The notes under the pieces: generated by a model | Database searches by the model: none | The model's input: only the letters and a program-made list of their open reading frames with translations | Told to the model about the DNA's origin: nothing | NCBI GenBank assembly: GCA_051530055.1 | Contig: CM121341.1 | Span: forward strand, 3,755,761 to 3,819,760 | Direction of reading: 5' to 3' | From: Neoechinorhynchus agilis | Taxonomy: Eukaryota; Animalia; Acanthocephala | DNA length: 64,000 nt | Made by a program: the position numbers and the translations under genes | In this document: positions 24,240 to 36,867 of the stretch, piece by piece | How positions within the stretch are numbered: position 1 is the first letter of the stretch | How the letters are laid out: each line of letters starts with the position of its first letter

Positions 24240-24900
24240 AACTCCACCCGAATTTCTCTAAATGCTTCGAAATTATCCTTTAATGACATCCTACGAGTTA
24301 CCTTTCAAAGAACTCTGGGTCTCCGATTTCAATCAAACTTGAAATTGGACTCGCACATCACTCTTTTCCTCAAGCTCAACACCTTTAAAATTTATCTCCT
24401 CAAACGCCTCCGACATTTAGGAATCCCTTCACGCGATCTCTACGAATTTTACTCGTGCTTTATTTTACCCTTCCTCACCAAAGGTTACTCCGTATTTTGT
24501 AACCATTCTGAATCTCAAAACTCGTCGTCTTAAATTGTTCCACAAAAGAACATCTTAAATTTGCACAGCTGACTTCACCTTCTCAACGAATGCCTTGATA
24601 CTATTTTCATCAAACAATCAAAACGCCTTCAACCCTACCACGACAATTTTTACCACATTTTATTCTCCTTTTCACATGTGCACAACACTCGTAATCCTAA
24701 TTCGTTTCGTCCTACCTTGACCTCGCACCTCCCTAAACCTACGCTCCTTTTTCCATGCGGCCCAATCTTCTCTCGGATATCGTAACCTGAAATGATTCTG
24801 AGAAAAGACCAACCTTACAAGCTCGCCTGCAAGTAATAACCACCAACCAACACGCGAACCGACATTCCCCGGCCGGATATTCCCACTCGAACGGATAATA
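24240..24900 (+). mobile_element. L2/CR1-like LINE 3' fragment
   Basis: Same family and orientation as 19739-20330. Confidence 0.7.
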
Positions 24901-25179
24901 ACTTGTTTATCTGTTAATCAACAAAGAAAACGACCAATGTATCTTTGGTCTTCGTGAACAATCGAATTTGAAGGAGAGATTGTGAGGTCGGGTCTATCCT
25001 CCGGTTCATTAAATGTTAATTTAGACGTTCAAGCGCAAGACGTCACGACCTTTTGATTCCTCCATGGATTTTAACGCTATAAAGCTTTCTGCAGTTATAC
25101 AGCTTTCTTTTGAACAACTCTGAACACGAGTACCTATAAGAACCCAAAGAATCATATAAACGATGATTTGGACGAAGAC

Positions 25180-28100
25180 AGCGGGACGAATAGGAACAGG
25201 TGGACGAATAGGAACAGGTCGGTGAATACGATCAGAATGGCGAACCCGAACAGGTGGACGAATACGAACAGGTCGATGAATACGATCAGAATGGCGAACC
25301 CGAACAGGTGGACGAATACGAACAGGTCGATGAACACAGACAGGTGGACGAACCCGAACAGGTGGACGAACCCGAATATGTGTACGAACCTGAACAGGTG
25401 GACGAATACGAACAAGTGGACGAACCTGAACAGGTGGACGAATACGAACAAGTGGACGAACACAGACAGGCGGACGAATAGGAACAGGTCGGTGAAAACG
25501 ATCAGATTGACGACCCCGAACAGGTGGACGAATACGAACAGGTCGATGAACACAGACAGGTGGACGAATGCGAACAGGTGAATTAATTCGAACAGGTGAA
25601 TTAATTCGAACAGGTGAACGAATACGGACAGGTGGACGAATAGGAACAGGTCGATGAATACGATCAGAATGACTAACCTGAACAGGTGGACGAACACGAA
25701 TATGTGTACGAACCTGAACAGGTGTACGAATACGAACAAGTGGACGAATACGAAAGGGTCGATGAATACGATCAGATTGACGAATCGGAACAGGTGACTA
25801 ACACGAACAGGTGCATCAATACTAACAGGTATATAAATAAGAACAGGTGGACGAACCCGGACAGGTGGACAAATACGAAGAGGTGATTGAATACGAACAG
25901 GTCTATGAATAAGAACAGGTGGACGAACCCGAACAGGTGGACAAATTCGAACAGGTGGACGAATACGATCAGATTGTCGAACCCGAACAGGTGGAAAAAT
26001 TCGAACAGGTGGACGAATACGATCAGATTGACGAACCCGAACAGGTGGACGAATAAGATCATGTGGATTAATACGAAAAGGTACACGAATACGAAAATGT
26101 ACATGAATACGAACAGGTGGACGAAACCGAACAGGTGGACGAATACGAAGATGTGGACGTATACGATCAGATTGACGAACCCGAACAGGTGGACGAACGC
26201 GAAACTGTGGACGAACACGGATAGGTGGACGAATACGAAAGGGTCGATGAATACGATCAGATTGACGAACCCGAACAGGTGGACTAACACGAACATGTGG
26301 ACGAACCCGAACAGGTGGAAGAATACGAACATGTGGACGAATACGATCAGATTTACGAACCCGAAGAGGTGGACGAATACGAACATGTGGACGATCCTCA
26401 ACAGGTGGACGAATAAGAACAGGTGAACGAATAAGAACAGAACAGGTGGACGAATAAGAACAGGTGGACGAATACGAACAGGTGGACGAATACGAAAGGG
26501 TCGATGAATACGATCAGATTGACGAACCGGAACAGGTGAACGAACCCGAACAGGTGGAAGAATACGAACATGTGGACGAATACGATCAGATTTACGAACC
26601 CGAAGAGGTGGACGAATACGAACATGTGGACGATCCTCAACAGGTGGACGAATAAGAACAGGTGAACGAATAAGAACAGAACAGGTGGACGAATACGAAC
26701 AGGTGGACGAATACGAAAGGGTCGATGAATACGATCAGATTGACGAACCGGAACAGGTGGACTAACACGAACAGGTGGACGAATACGAACAGGTGGACGA
26801 ATACGAACAGGTGGACGAATACGATCAGATTGACGAACCTGGACAGGTGGACAAATTCGAACAGGTGGACGAACCTCAACCGATGGACGAATACGAAAAG
26901 GTGGACGAATACGAAAGGGTCGATGAATACGATCAGATCGACGAACCGGAACAGGTGGACGAACCCGAACAGGTGTACGAATACGAACAAGTGGACGAAT
27001 ACGAAAGGGTCGATGAATACGATCAGATTGACGAATCGGAACAGGTGACTAACACGAACAGGTGCATCAATACTAACAGGTATATAAATAAGAACAGGTG
27101 GACGAACCCGGACAGGTGGACAAATACGAAAAGGTGATTGAATACGAACAGGTCTATGAATAAGAACAGGTGGACGAACCCGAACAGGTGGACAAATTCG
27201 AACAGGTGGACGAATACGATCAGATTGTCGAACCCGAACAGGTGGAAAAATTCGAACAGGTGGACGAATAAGATCATGTGGATTAATACGAAAAGGTACA
27301 CGAATACGAAAATGTACATGAATACGAACAGGTGGACGAACCCGAACAGGTGGACGAATACGAACATGTGGACGAATACTAAAGGGTCGATGAATACGAC
27401 AGTTGACGAACCGGAACAGGTGGATTAATACGAAAAGGTGGACGAATACGATCAGATTGACGAACCGGAACAGGTGGACTAACACGAACAGGTGGACGAA
27501 CCCGAACAGGTGGAAGAATACGAACATGTGGACGAATACGATCAGATTGACGAACCCGACAAGGTGGACGAATACGAACATGTGGACGATCCTCAACAGG
27601 TGGACGAATAAGAACAGGTGGACGAATACGAACAGGTGGACGAATACGAAAGGGTCGATGAATACGATCAGATTGACGAACCGGAACAGGTGGACGAATA
27701 CGAACAGGTGGACGAATACGAAAGGGTCGATGAATACGATCAGATCGACGAACCGGAACAGGTGGACGAATACGAACAGGTGGACGAATACGAAAGGGTC
27801 GATGAGTACGATCAGAATGACGAAACGGAACAGGTGGACAAATACGAAGAGGTGGACGAATACGATCAGGTGGACGAATACGAACTTGTGGACGAACCTC
27901 AACAGGTGGACGAATACGAAAGGGTCGACGAATACGATCAGATTGACGAACCGGAACAGGTGGACGAATACGAACAGGTGGATGAACCCGAACAGGTGGA
28001 CGAACCCGAACAGGTGGACGAATACGAACATGTGGACGATCCTCAACAGGTGGACGAATACGAAAGGGTCGATGAATACGATCAGATTGACGAACCCGGA

Positions 28101-28290
28101 CAGGTGGACGAATACGAACAGGTGGACGAACCCGAACTGGTGGACGAATACGAGCATGTGGACGATCCTCAACAGGTGGACGAATACGAAAGGGTCGATG
28201 AATACGATCAGATTGACGAACCCGGACAGGTGGATGAACCCGAACAGGTGGACGAACCCGAACTGGTGGACGAATACGAGCATGTGGATA
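25180..28290. repeat. 18-bp minisatellite (consensus GTGGACGAATACGAACAG) with higher-order repeats, about 3.1 kb
   Basis: Directly visible; reads VDEYEQ or WTNTNR on + and FVFVHL on -. Confidence 0.97.
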
Positions 28291-28394
28291 AAAAGGAACA
28301 GATAAATGAAATACTGTCAGTTGGGTTGCGGATTGTTAAAGAAAGTGAACATTCTCTGGTGCGAACTTTGAGAAACAAAAAACCAATTCCATAA
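27618..28394 (+). CDS. Acidic hexapeptide-repeat (VDEYEQ/IDEPEQ) ORF ending in unique sequence; possibly the remnant of a larger decayed gene
   Basis: 258 open codons; unit variants are mostly synonymous or conservative in this frame; frame runs on into unique DKKEQINEILSVGLRIVKESEHSLVRTLRNKKPIP*. Confidence 0.45.
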   Translation: MDEYEQVDEYERVDEYDQIDEPEQVDEYEQVDEYERVDEYDQIDEPEQVDEYEQVDEYERVDEYDQNDETEQVDKYEEVDEYDQVDEYELVDEPQQVDEYERVDEYDQIDEPEQVDEYEQVDEPEQVDEPEQVDEYEHVDDPQQVDEYERVDEYDQIDEPGQVDEYEQVDEPELVDEYEHVDDPQQVDEYERVDEYDQIDEPGQVDEPEQVDEPELVDEYEHVDKKEQINEILSVGLRIVKESEHSLVRTLRNKKPIP

Positions 28395-29219
28395 GAATCA
28401 TTTACACAAATGACGTTACCCTTCTGGAAGAAATATTTTTGTTTCGTGTGGCGGAAATAAAAAGGAAAAAGTATTGTAATTATTTTGTCGTTTTAAAGTG
28501 GTATTTTATCGAAATGATATTTTTTGGATTGTTACAGTAATTGACATTGTTTCTTTATTTACAATTTGTTAATACGTGGAAGAAAGCCGCAAGAAATAAG
28601 TAATTCTGATTATTTTCGAATTAGTCATTATCGATTTTTTATTTTTCGCGTGCAATTATTGGGGTTGGTTTGCCCTTTCGGGTTTTCTTTGTGAATTTTA
28701 GGTTCGTTTGACTAATTTTTTGTTAATTCGATTCTATGATCGATTTTCTACTGTCCGATTAGGCTAACGTGGGGTTTGAAGCAGCGTCAAAACTGATTTT
28801 CAGTGAGAATCTTGGAGAACTTGGAAAGGTGACAAAGACAACGATCAAGTCCCAAAAGTTCACATCGATGACTTTTTAGTTAATTTCTCAATAACTTTAT
28901 TCGAATGTTTCACACTTTTAGAATTGAAGTGCTTTGAAATGATTGCCACTGAAAAGGATGCTCGTTCCGCTGAAGCCATTCTCATGGAAGTTGTGAAACA
29001 ATTAAAAAGAAGAGAAGAACGTAAGTAATGCAAAATATTTAATGAGCTGGTAAATTCTGTGATTTTCGCTTGGAATATTTTACAAATATACAAAAATTAA
29101 TCTGTGTTTGGCGTAAATAACATCATTTGGTTCACACATTCCTGCGTCAATTTTTGTTCTCATGATTATTTTATGCTTTTGGTTAAAATAATCCCGGTCA
29201 TAACCTATTTGATTTATTT

Positions 29220-29294
29220 GAGATATTTCGAAGGAGGTAACCTCGCCTCCTCATTCATTGTTAAAGTAGGCGAGGTTACCTCGCAAAATATCTC
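29220..29294. repeat. Short foldback hairpin (MITE-like)
   Basis: GAGGTAACCTCGCCT (29234-29248) / AGGCGAGGTTACCTC (29268-29282) plus outer GAGATATTT / AAATATCTC. Confidence 0.8.
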
Positions 29295-29661
29295 ACCAAA
29301 AGTTTACATTGATTAACCCAAAGGATTTTCTCTGTGATGAATGATTATTGTGTACGTTCTAACAAAAACTAAATTCTAAAAAGATTTTCTCCTCTGGAAT
29401 TTTAGAGTGAACTTCTTAAAATTTTCTAGATACCGAGGGCGTTTTTTAAGTAAAATTGCCTGCATTGTGGCTCTCAATTTCAATCTGTAAGACGAACTTG
29501 TATAAACGATCAAATCGTCACTGAAGTTTTTCGAAAGATTCATTTTTGATAGCTTGTTTTTCGCATAAATTTGTAGCTACCGTTTGTTAAATGTGGAATA
29601 TCATCTTTCTTTATTTAAACAAAAAATTAAAATCTACAATAATGTTGTGCAGTTATATTTA

Positions 29662-30029
29662 GAGAAGGCGAAGACGAGGTGGTCTTCCAAGGGGTTCAAC
29701 GGGACGGATGCGACCTTAATATGGAATGCGACGTAATTGATGATGATGCTTTAAATTTCGACTTTACGGAAGTGGAGATTGAACTTGTTCCATATAAACA
29801 AAGAATAATGAAGACGATAAAACAAGAAGCACCGGATATTGAACATGATCAGAACATAATGGAAGGAAAGAAAACGATGAGATCTTCTAAACGAAAACAT
29901 GACAATACTGATATTTATCGCAAACATTATCCAAAACCCAAATTAGCGAAATCTGAAATAGGGTCGGAAAAACCTGATCAACCGAAACGACGAAGTGGAC
30001 GGCTAAAAGGTAAGGACTCGAAAGAGTGA
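29662..30029 (+). CDS. Probable terminal exon of an unidentified gene (acidic, then K/R-rich)
   Basis: TATTTAG acceptor at about 29661 followed by an open frame EGEDEVVFQGVQRDG...PKRRSGRLKGKDSKE*. Confidence 0.4.
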
Positions 30030-30220
30030 CCTGATTCTTATGTTGTTTACAAAAACGTTGTTTCAAATTGAAATTTTCGCCAAATTATCATAGGGTTTCT
30101 TTTAAATTTGATGGATTTGGCGTCCCTTTTTCTTCAATTGGTGATTTCTAATTTTCATGGTTTCACAGTATCTCAGCAATTTATTAGATGTCCAAATCCA
30201 AACTGGCTTATATATTTTCG

Positions 30221-30274
30221 TTGATCCCTTTATGATTGAAGCCTTGATTTGCAATATGTTGACAATTTTGTGCA
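30221..30274. repeat. Left copy of a 54-bp target-site duplication (right copy 32199-32252)
   Basis: TTGATCCCTTTATGATTGAAGCC...CAATTTTGTGCA vs TTGAACCCTTTATGATTAAAGCC...CAATTTTGTGCA, 4 mismatches. Confidence 0.85.
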
Positions 30275-32198
30275 GTGCGAATTAACACTTTATCAGTCCC
30301 CCTTGAGACTTATTGGTGAGTCAAAACTTGATGACCGATCAGTGGTAAATCGTACCGTCCGACCAAACGAAGGTTCACTAAACCTTCATGAATCTTGCTA
30401 GTTCAACGCAGCCCAACCTTGTAAACGAGCTTTCCACGGCCAAAAAAGACATCGCGAAATGCGTTCAAATCGCCTACAATCGACGCTACTGACGCAAACA
30501 CCTTGAACGCACCACTTATCGATCACGCTCAACCTGAGAAGACCAACGCTGCCGGGCTCCCACGCGTCTCTACTGGTTTGTGTCCGGTTTGCGGTAAGTC
30601 TTTTAAATTAACTAATCTGGGGGTTTTGTTTGTCCATGGTCCCCGGGATCTCCGCTGTAGTGGGTCTGGTTCTCCACCACAATCAACCGAAACTTTCGTG
30701 CCTGAGACCCCTCAGATCATCACTGATTCTATTTCGATACCTAATATCGTCTCAACGATTGCTTCGTTCTGCGCTTAGTCCTTTGCACCAGTGATGATTC
30801 TGGGGTGTCTTTGACATCAACAATCAAGGAAAGGGTGGCCTCCTTCGAACAGATATTTAATAATTTCGAAATGAAATTCCCGAGGTAAGAAAGGGACGCA
30901 CGAAGAAAGGGTTTCGTTGCCGTTTTTCAAAGCAATCCCTGACTGTACGTGTTTCTTCAAAGCTTGTGGACGGAGACGTTCGGGGGGGCTGTTCGGTTAT
31001 TGTAATCCTCCGACAATTTTGCACAATGAGACAACGCGACACTACAAATACTCCGGTCAAAACACCCACCTCCCATACAAGACAGGACACCCACTCATAT
31101 TTCAGAGTAAAAAAATGCCATCTCATCTTTTGCGAATGGTTCGGGTCATGGGCTTGACGGCTAACCTAAAGGACATGATGACCTTTACAACTGGGGACGC
31201 TCTCTCATTATAGAAAATGCGCTTTCTCAGGTAGTCGTTGCCTTGCCGGTCTTTCTTGGATCGTATGAGGGGATTCAACCGATAGCGAAGATAATTCAGA
31301 CGGTAAAGTTTTCCCTTGAACAAGACTTTGCGGTGGCACTTGTAGAATGGTGCCAGCAGACAGGCGCTAACCATATTCAAGTGAATGGCCTCAGACAGTC
31401 TATCTATGACATACCTTTCGCCGCGAGAGCTCATAGCTCTCTATTTTCAGGTTCTCGCGATGGGTTCGTCCGAGCCAGATTGAAGGCAATTTCGACACGA
31501 GAATCGGGGGCGTGGTTGGAAGCTGTTCCTCTGGCACCTGTGGGAACTCTTCTCACTGATGAGGTAACGAGGATCGCAGTGTCTTTAAGACTTGGTCTCC
31601 CGATATGCGCGCCCTATTGCAGTCGATGTGGGTCTTTTGTTGAAGCTTTCGGGCGACACGGTCTCTTTTGAAAAAAGTCAGGAGGAAGGTTTTCTCGCCA
31701 TTCTGAGATCAATAGCATAATTTCTCCGGTGTTGAGAACATCGAACTTCCCCAACATCTTGGAACCTGTCCATCATTGTCGACTATACGGTCTTCGACCT
31801 GACGGAATTTCGGTCTTTCGGTGGCGGGAGGGCAAATGCCTTCCCTGGGACGCCACGCGTGTGGACACCCTCGCAGTAAGCAACATTCCCTACTCTCTCG
31901 AAATCGCTGGAGGTGCAGCCAGTGCAGCGGACGGGAGGAAGGTACGAAAATATAGAGAATTAGCAAGGACCCACTATTTTGTCCCCTTCGGAGTAAAGAC
32001 GTATGGAGCGCTTGGCAGCTCGGCACTCTCTCTGCTCCAGGATCTCTCGAAGAAATTGAGAGAAATGACCGGCGACACACGAGCAGATGTATTCCTGCGA
32101 CAAAATATCTCGCTTGCAGTACAACGAGACAGCGCTGCTAGCGTGATAGCGACAGCCGGTGAAGGAGAGAAGCTCCGGTTTTTACTTGTGCATTTTTG
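30275..32198 (+). mobile_element. Internally deleted CRE-clade-like non-LTR element (zinc finger and restriction-like endonuclease, no RT)
   Basis: N-terminal CPVCGKSF...H...C finger; C-terminal RLGLPICAPYCSRCG...GRHGL...RHSEIN...RPDG...WDATRVDT...FVPFGVKTYGALG; flanked by a 54-bp direct repeat. Confidence 0.85.
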
Positions 32199-33169
32199 TT
32201 GAACCCTTTATGATTAAAGCCTTGATTTGCAATTTGTCGACAATTTTGTGCATCATTTTGAAGGTGTAATGATCCAATTCGTGCAACTTTTTAACGTATC
32301 ATTTCACTTTAAAGGTGCAAATTGCTTGCATATTTTATTTACGCCCTCGGGTTATAACCGGTGATGCATGGTCAAGTCAATACCTGGTTCAAAATATCAG
32401 CATCGCCGTGTTGAGAGACAACGCTGTAAGCATTCGGGCGACAATTGAGGACGAGGACGGGGAATAATTATGTTTATATCTTCAAAAAAGAATATTACAT
32501 TCAAAATTGTACAATGTTGAAAAACAATAACGTTCTCCTTGTAGGCAAATTCTAGAAAAGAGAAATAATAGAATTTTTGCAAACCCCTTTATATGCCCAA
32601 ATTTTTAAAAACAGCGTTATTGTTGTTGTATCGGTTTTTTTCGCTTCTTAGCGAGAATTACATATTTTGTACTTTGGTTTAAACCAATGAGAAAATACGT
32701 CGAAAATTTTGATCAGCTCAAGCATATAAATCTCATCTTGCTTTAGAATTTTTGTAATAAATATTCGAATCTTGTAAAATCTACTATATAAAGCAGAAAC
32801 CGTATGTAAATATGCTCGCACAGAAGACGAGATTAAACGAAAAAGGGTTTTTCTTTTTCCCAAACCAAGAATAACCCAATATTTTCCTACCTTATTTACA
32901 GCCCTAATCTACTGAGCGTTAAGGTCGCCCTCAACCACAACTGCGAAAAGAAGTCTGTACGTCGCGAGTGCTATAAAAGCAAATACAGCATAACGCCCGC
33001 CTTCGGCAACTGCGAGAAATGCACCTTAGCGAAAATTCCGGAATCGTTTTGATACAAAATGATGAACCAAAAGCTCACTATTTCAACGAAATAAATTTTT
33101 TCGGTTTATTTTAACTATATATATGATTTGTAGTTCATTTGTGAATATTCCAGTAATGCTATTAAAATG

Positions 33170-34320
33170 ATTTTGGTTTCTGAACATCCAAATCGGTCAT
33201 CTTGTGAACTGAAACATGTTCTAGACTCCATCAATTGGAATCTCTGCCCTGACTCAGATTACAACACTTGCTTAGTCTTGCACTCCAATATCGCAAATAA
33301 TGGCCTCGAAATTCGTCTTCTCAATCCGAAATATCAAACTGGGCTCTCATCGACCTTATTACCCGCATTATAAACCACAGCTTTTTATATGGTATCTACC
33401 CCTCATGCCTGAAAACTGCTAAAGTTATCCTTCCAAAAAAGGACGCCCCATTTCCACCAAATCATTCCTTCAAATATCCATTCTATACGCTCTTTCAAAA
33501 ATCATCAAAAATGTTTTAAATCTCGCCTTCTTTAACTTCTTTCAACTCGGCTTCCGGTCCAAATTTTCGGCAACGGATGCCATACTTTGCATTTATGACA
33601 CGCTTCTTAGTAACCTCAACAATAATCCTTACCACGTCACCCGTATCATTCAACTTGATTTATCGAAAGCTTTCGACTCCGTCGACCATTTATTCCTTGT
33701 CCGGACCTGCTCCGCTTTTGGTCTCAACTTGTGGTAGATCCGCTAGCTCGAATCTTATCTTCACACTCGCAAACAATACATTCACTGCCGTTCTACCTCC
33801 TCGATGACCCTCACCAAGGGCGTACCTCAAGGTACTGTGATGTCACCACTTCTTTTTAATATTTTCCTAAACGACCTACAACCTCTCTCCTCTCACTCTA
33901 AACTCTTCTTGTACGCCGGCGATATTACCCTCATCACCCATTCACCACCCCAACTCTTGCCTCCGACATTTAGGAATTCCTTCACCCGATATCTACGAAT
34001 TTTACTTGTGCTTTATTTTGCTTTTCCTCACCTACGATTATGCCGTATTTTGCAACATTTCCAATCTCAAATGCGCCGCCTTGAAATTCTTCATAAAAGA
34101 GAATCTAAAATTTGCGCAGCTGACTTCTCCCCTTCTCACCGAATGCTTTGATGCTATTTTCATAAAGCAATCAAAACGCCTCAAATCCTACCACAACATT
34201 TTTTATCACATTTTATTCTCTTTTTCACGTGATCACAACACTCGTAACCTCAATTCGTTTTACCTACGCTACTTTTTCCATGCGGCCCAATATCCTCGGA
34301 TATCATAACTTGAAATTCGA
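33170..34320 (+). mobile_element. Degenerate L2/CR1-like LINE reverse transcriptase
   Basis: DLSKAFDSVDH, GVPQGTVMSPLLFNIFLNDL and LYAGDITL across frameshifts. Confidence 0.85.
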
Positions 34321-34553
34321 ATTTGACGATGTTTTTATCCCGGATTGTTGTTGGTATTGATCATTTATTTAAAATATTTCGCAACCTTTTTGCTTATGTC
34401 TTCAGTTAGATTGTTTTCTAAGAAAAATTCGAGTAAGTTCTTCGAAAACAATCTAACTGAAGATGTAAGCAAAAAGCTTACAAAATATTTTAAATAAATG
34501 ATCAATACCAACAACAATCCGGGATAAAAACATCGTCAAATTCGAATTTCAAG
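34309..34553. repeat. 245-bp near-perfect foldback palindrome
   Basis: CTTGAAATTCGAATTTGACGATGTTTTTATCCCGGATTG... mirrored by ...CAATCCGGGATAAAAACATCGTCAAATTCGAATTTCAAG. Confidence 0.95.
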
Positions 34554-34613
34554 TGTCCCAAATAAGCGGCTGTCCCGATTAACCGGTGTCCCAATTAAGC
34601 GGAATCCACTGTA
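34554..34613 (-). mobile_element. Terminal fragment of a Tc1/mariner (pogo/Tigger-like) DNA transposon
   Basis: Minus strand reads TA CAGTGGATTCCGCTTAATTGGGACACCGGTTAATCGGGACAGCCGCTTATTTGGGACAC: TA site, CAGTGG start, internal GGGACA sub-repeats. Confidence 0.6.
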
Positions 34614-34619
34614 TATGCT

Positions 34620-35130
34620 TTTGCCTTATTCGTGTACTTCGCCTAAGCCCCAGTCCCCCGTTCACTTCTCTTCGTGCTTCTGATTCATCTTCGTTTCTTT
34701 CACTTTGGTCATCTGGTAATCTAAATTCCTCATCGCTCATATTCCTTTCAGCTTCACTACTTTCCGTGCTCGATCTTTGTTCTGTTTCTTGTCGCATATT
34801 GCCCCTTTCCACTCGCTGATCCCTTTCATTTTGATTCTCGCCCCTCCTTAAATCTCCGCCTACCTCTTCATTGATATTTTGCTTTGAATCCTCCTGATCT
34901 CTTTTCCCAATCGCTCTTTATCTCAAATGGTCGGCATGCATTCTATTTTCCCCTCCAGTTATTTGTACGGCATAAGACAAAGGTCCATTCTGTTTCATTA
35001 TGACGTCCTCTTTCCATCCTTTTTTAATAGTGTCTCTAACCCACACCTTATCGCCCGCCTTGTAATCTGTCAAAGTTGCACAATTCTTATCATGGTTCTG
35101 TTTTTGCAGGGTTTGCTTGTTGTTGGATGT
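34620..35130 (-). mobile_element. Ty3/Gypsy integrase C-terminal fragment
   Basis: GDKVWVRDTIKKGWKEDVIMKQNGPLSYAVQITGGENRMHADHLR, followed by LGLRRSTRIRQ. Confidence 0.75.
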
Positions 35131-35149
35131 CTTAGTTTCAAAAAAGTCA

Positions 35150-36674
35150 GGAATATGCTGTACTTTATGAAAAGATCGATTATTGTCGAAGGACGTGGGC
35201 TCGATTATGAGACGTTTTTATTCTGCTTTGAATCTCACCTTAGGACTTGAGAAAAGAACGGACCAATTTATTTTTCATTCAAAAGTTTCAATTTCGAAAT
35301 CGATACCGAATTAATAGAAAATAAATGTAGAAAATTCCGTAAATCTTCACTCAAATCAATAAAAACGTTTCTCGCGAGTAGTTGACTATTACAATGACGC
35401 CGACAGGGACTTGGTTACCTTTACTCCTCCTCCGTCAGACGTTCAATTATTACTAGACGAAATGTGTGAAGCACTTCATCGAAACCGAAGCTCTTCGGCT
35501 GTTCAAAAACAAGATATGGATTTAGTCGTTGAAAGATGCGCAAAAGTTGATCACATGTTAAAAACCGGATTTCTTTGCTACCCGCGAAAATACGCGAAAT
35601 GTTTCAATAGAATCGTAGATCTGCAATCGAACATTATCAAAAATCGAGTGGTGCATATTCGAAATGCACTTCTGCATTGCCAACTGATTGGTGGAATTAT
35701 TGGCGGTGTTTACGACCATTTTAACAATTCCGATATGAACTTTGAAGAACTCCGCAAGCGTCCAGAAATTCCAATAGTGTTCAATTACGCCTTGAGCTGT
35801 TATGGCGACGAGAAAGGTCTTGTTGAAGACTTCGAAAACATATTGAAAAAAATTGAAAATATAGATATTCGAATTGAACCGATGATTGAGAAATTGGATA
35901 AGAAAATGCCTTCAATATACCCGAATGTTACGAAACCAATGGAAATTAATTTGGGTGCTTCGACTTCAATCCATTCTTCCAATTTCACCTTTAATTTAGA
36001 GGTAAGCGGTTGTGAATGATTCGACTTATTCGAGAAAAATTATTTGTCCGTTTTAGATAAATCCTCAATTGTTTTCGCGACTATTTCCCGAACCGGAAGA
36101 TCAAACGTCGACCTTTACAGAGTTTCACTTGGAGCCTTTTTTCTTTAATGTTGGCATAGATCGAAATGCCGAACGTGCAATAAGAGCCCATCGAAAGCGT
36201 CCACGAACACCGCACTTCATTGAACAGACGATCGGTCTTAAATCATTAGAACGACTTTCCAGCTACGCCAAGAAAAGACTTGGATCATCGTTTGTTGATG
36301 GAAGCATCAAATCGAAACTAGAAAGCTTGGAAATGCTTCTTGGTGATCCGTACGTTTCAAAACAAAATCAAATTCTTCATCTTGCAGCGTCCATCGTTCG
36401 GGACCTCGACGGACTAGTTTTCTTCGGGTGCAGAAATGCCAACGATCGAACATCTATGGTTCTCACTTACGATCAGGTCGAATTAGCCAAACAGGTTGAT
36501 GTGCTGCGATCAGATGACAGTTCAAAAGATCTTCTGGACATCTTGAGACTTAATGGGACAACAATACATTTAGCCAAAAAGTCTACTGGCATCGAAGCGT
36601 ATCGGTTTACTGATCCTGTTAGCGACCTCCTTAGCGATTATGTGCCACCAGCTAAAGTTCTCCGTTCAGAATAG
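35150..36674 (+). pseudogene. INPP4: 5'-truncated INPP4-like copy (lacks about the first 690 coding nt)
   Basis: Protein-identical to 5570-7093 but begins abruptly next to the Gypsy fragment. Confidence 0.8.
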
Positions 36675-36867
36675 AGTTACGGAGCTGCTACGCAAGTTTT
36701 TTAAATATATTGAGTTTTAACGATCGGAATCGAAATTTTCTTATAAGTTCATTTTTTACTATTTGTCCAAGTTTAACTTTGAAAAATTGCATTAACACAG
36801 CAATTTAATGACGCCGAAGAAGCCGACTATTTGAAATTTTGCATATCAATCGAACATCAATAATTTA

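Larger units (their letters stand above)
19739..24790. repeat. Segmental duplication block B (copy at 41191-46155)
   Basis: Offset 21,452; starts at CCCATTTTCAATC inside a LINE fragment and ends inside another LINE fragment. Confidence 0.95.

Noticed and set aside
25180-27620. Stop-codon reassignment (TAA/TAG read as Tyr), suggested by stops at Tyr positions of VDEYEQ
   Set aside because: The same stretch also has frameshifting 17-bp units, and conserved genes here appear to end normally at TAA, TAG or TGA; unit duplication explains the recurrence.
26637-28283. 548-aa hydrophobic FVFVHL ORF (-) and WTNTNR ORFs (+)
   Set aside because: Alternative readings of the minisatellite; unit variation is not conservative in those frames and they do not continue into coding-like unique sequence.
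28860-29093. hAT dimerisation-like motif (SAERASFS), partly repeated at about 40750-40815
   Set aside because: A short shared repeat is real, but the protein similarity is too slight to assign.
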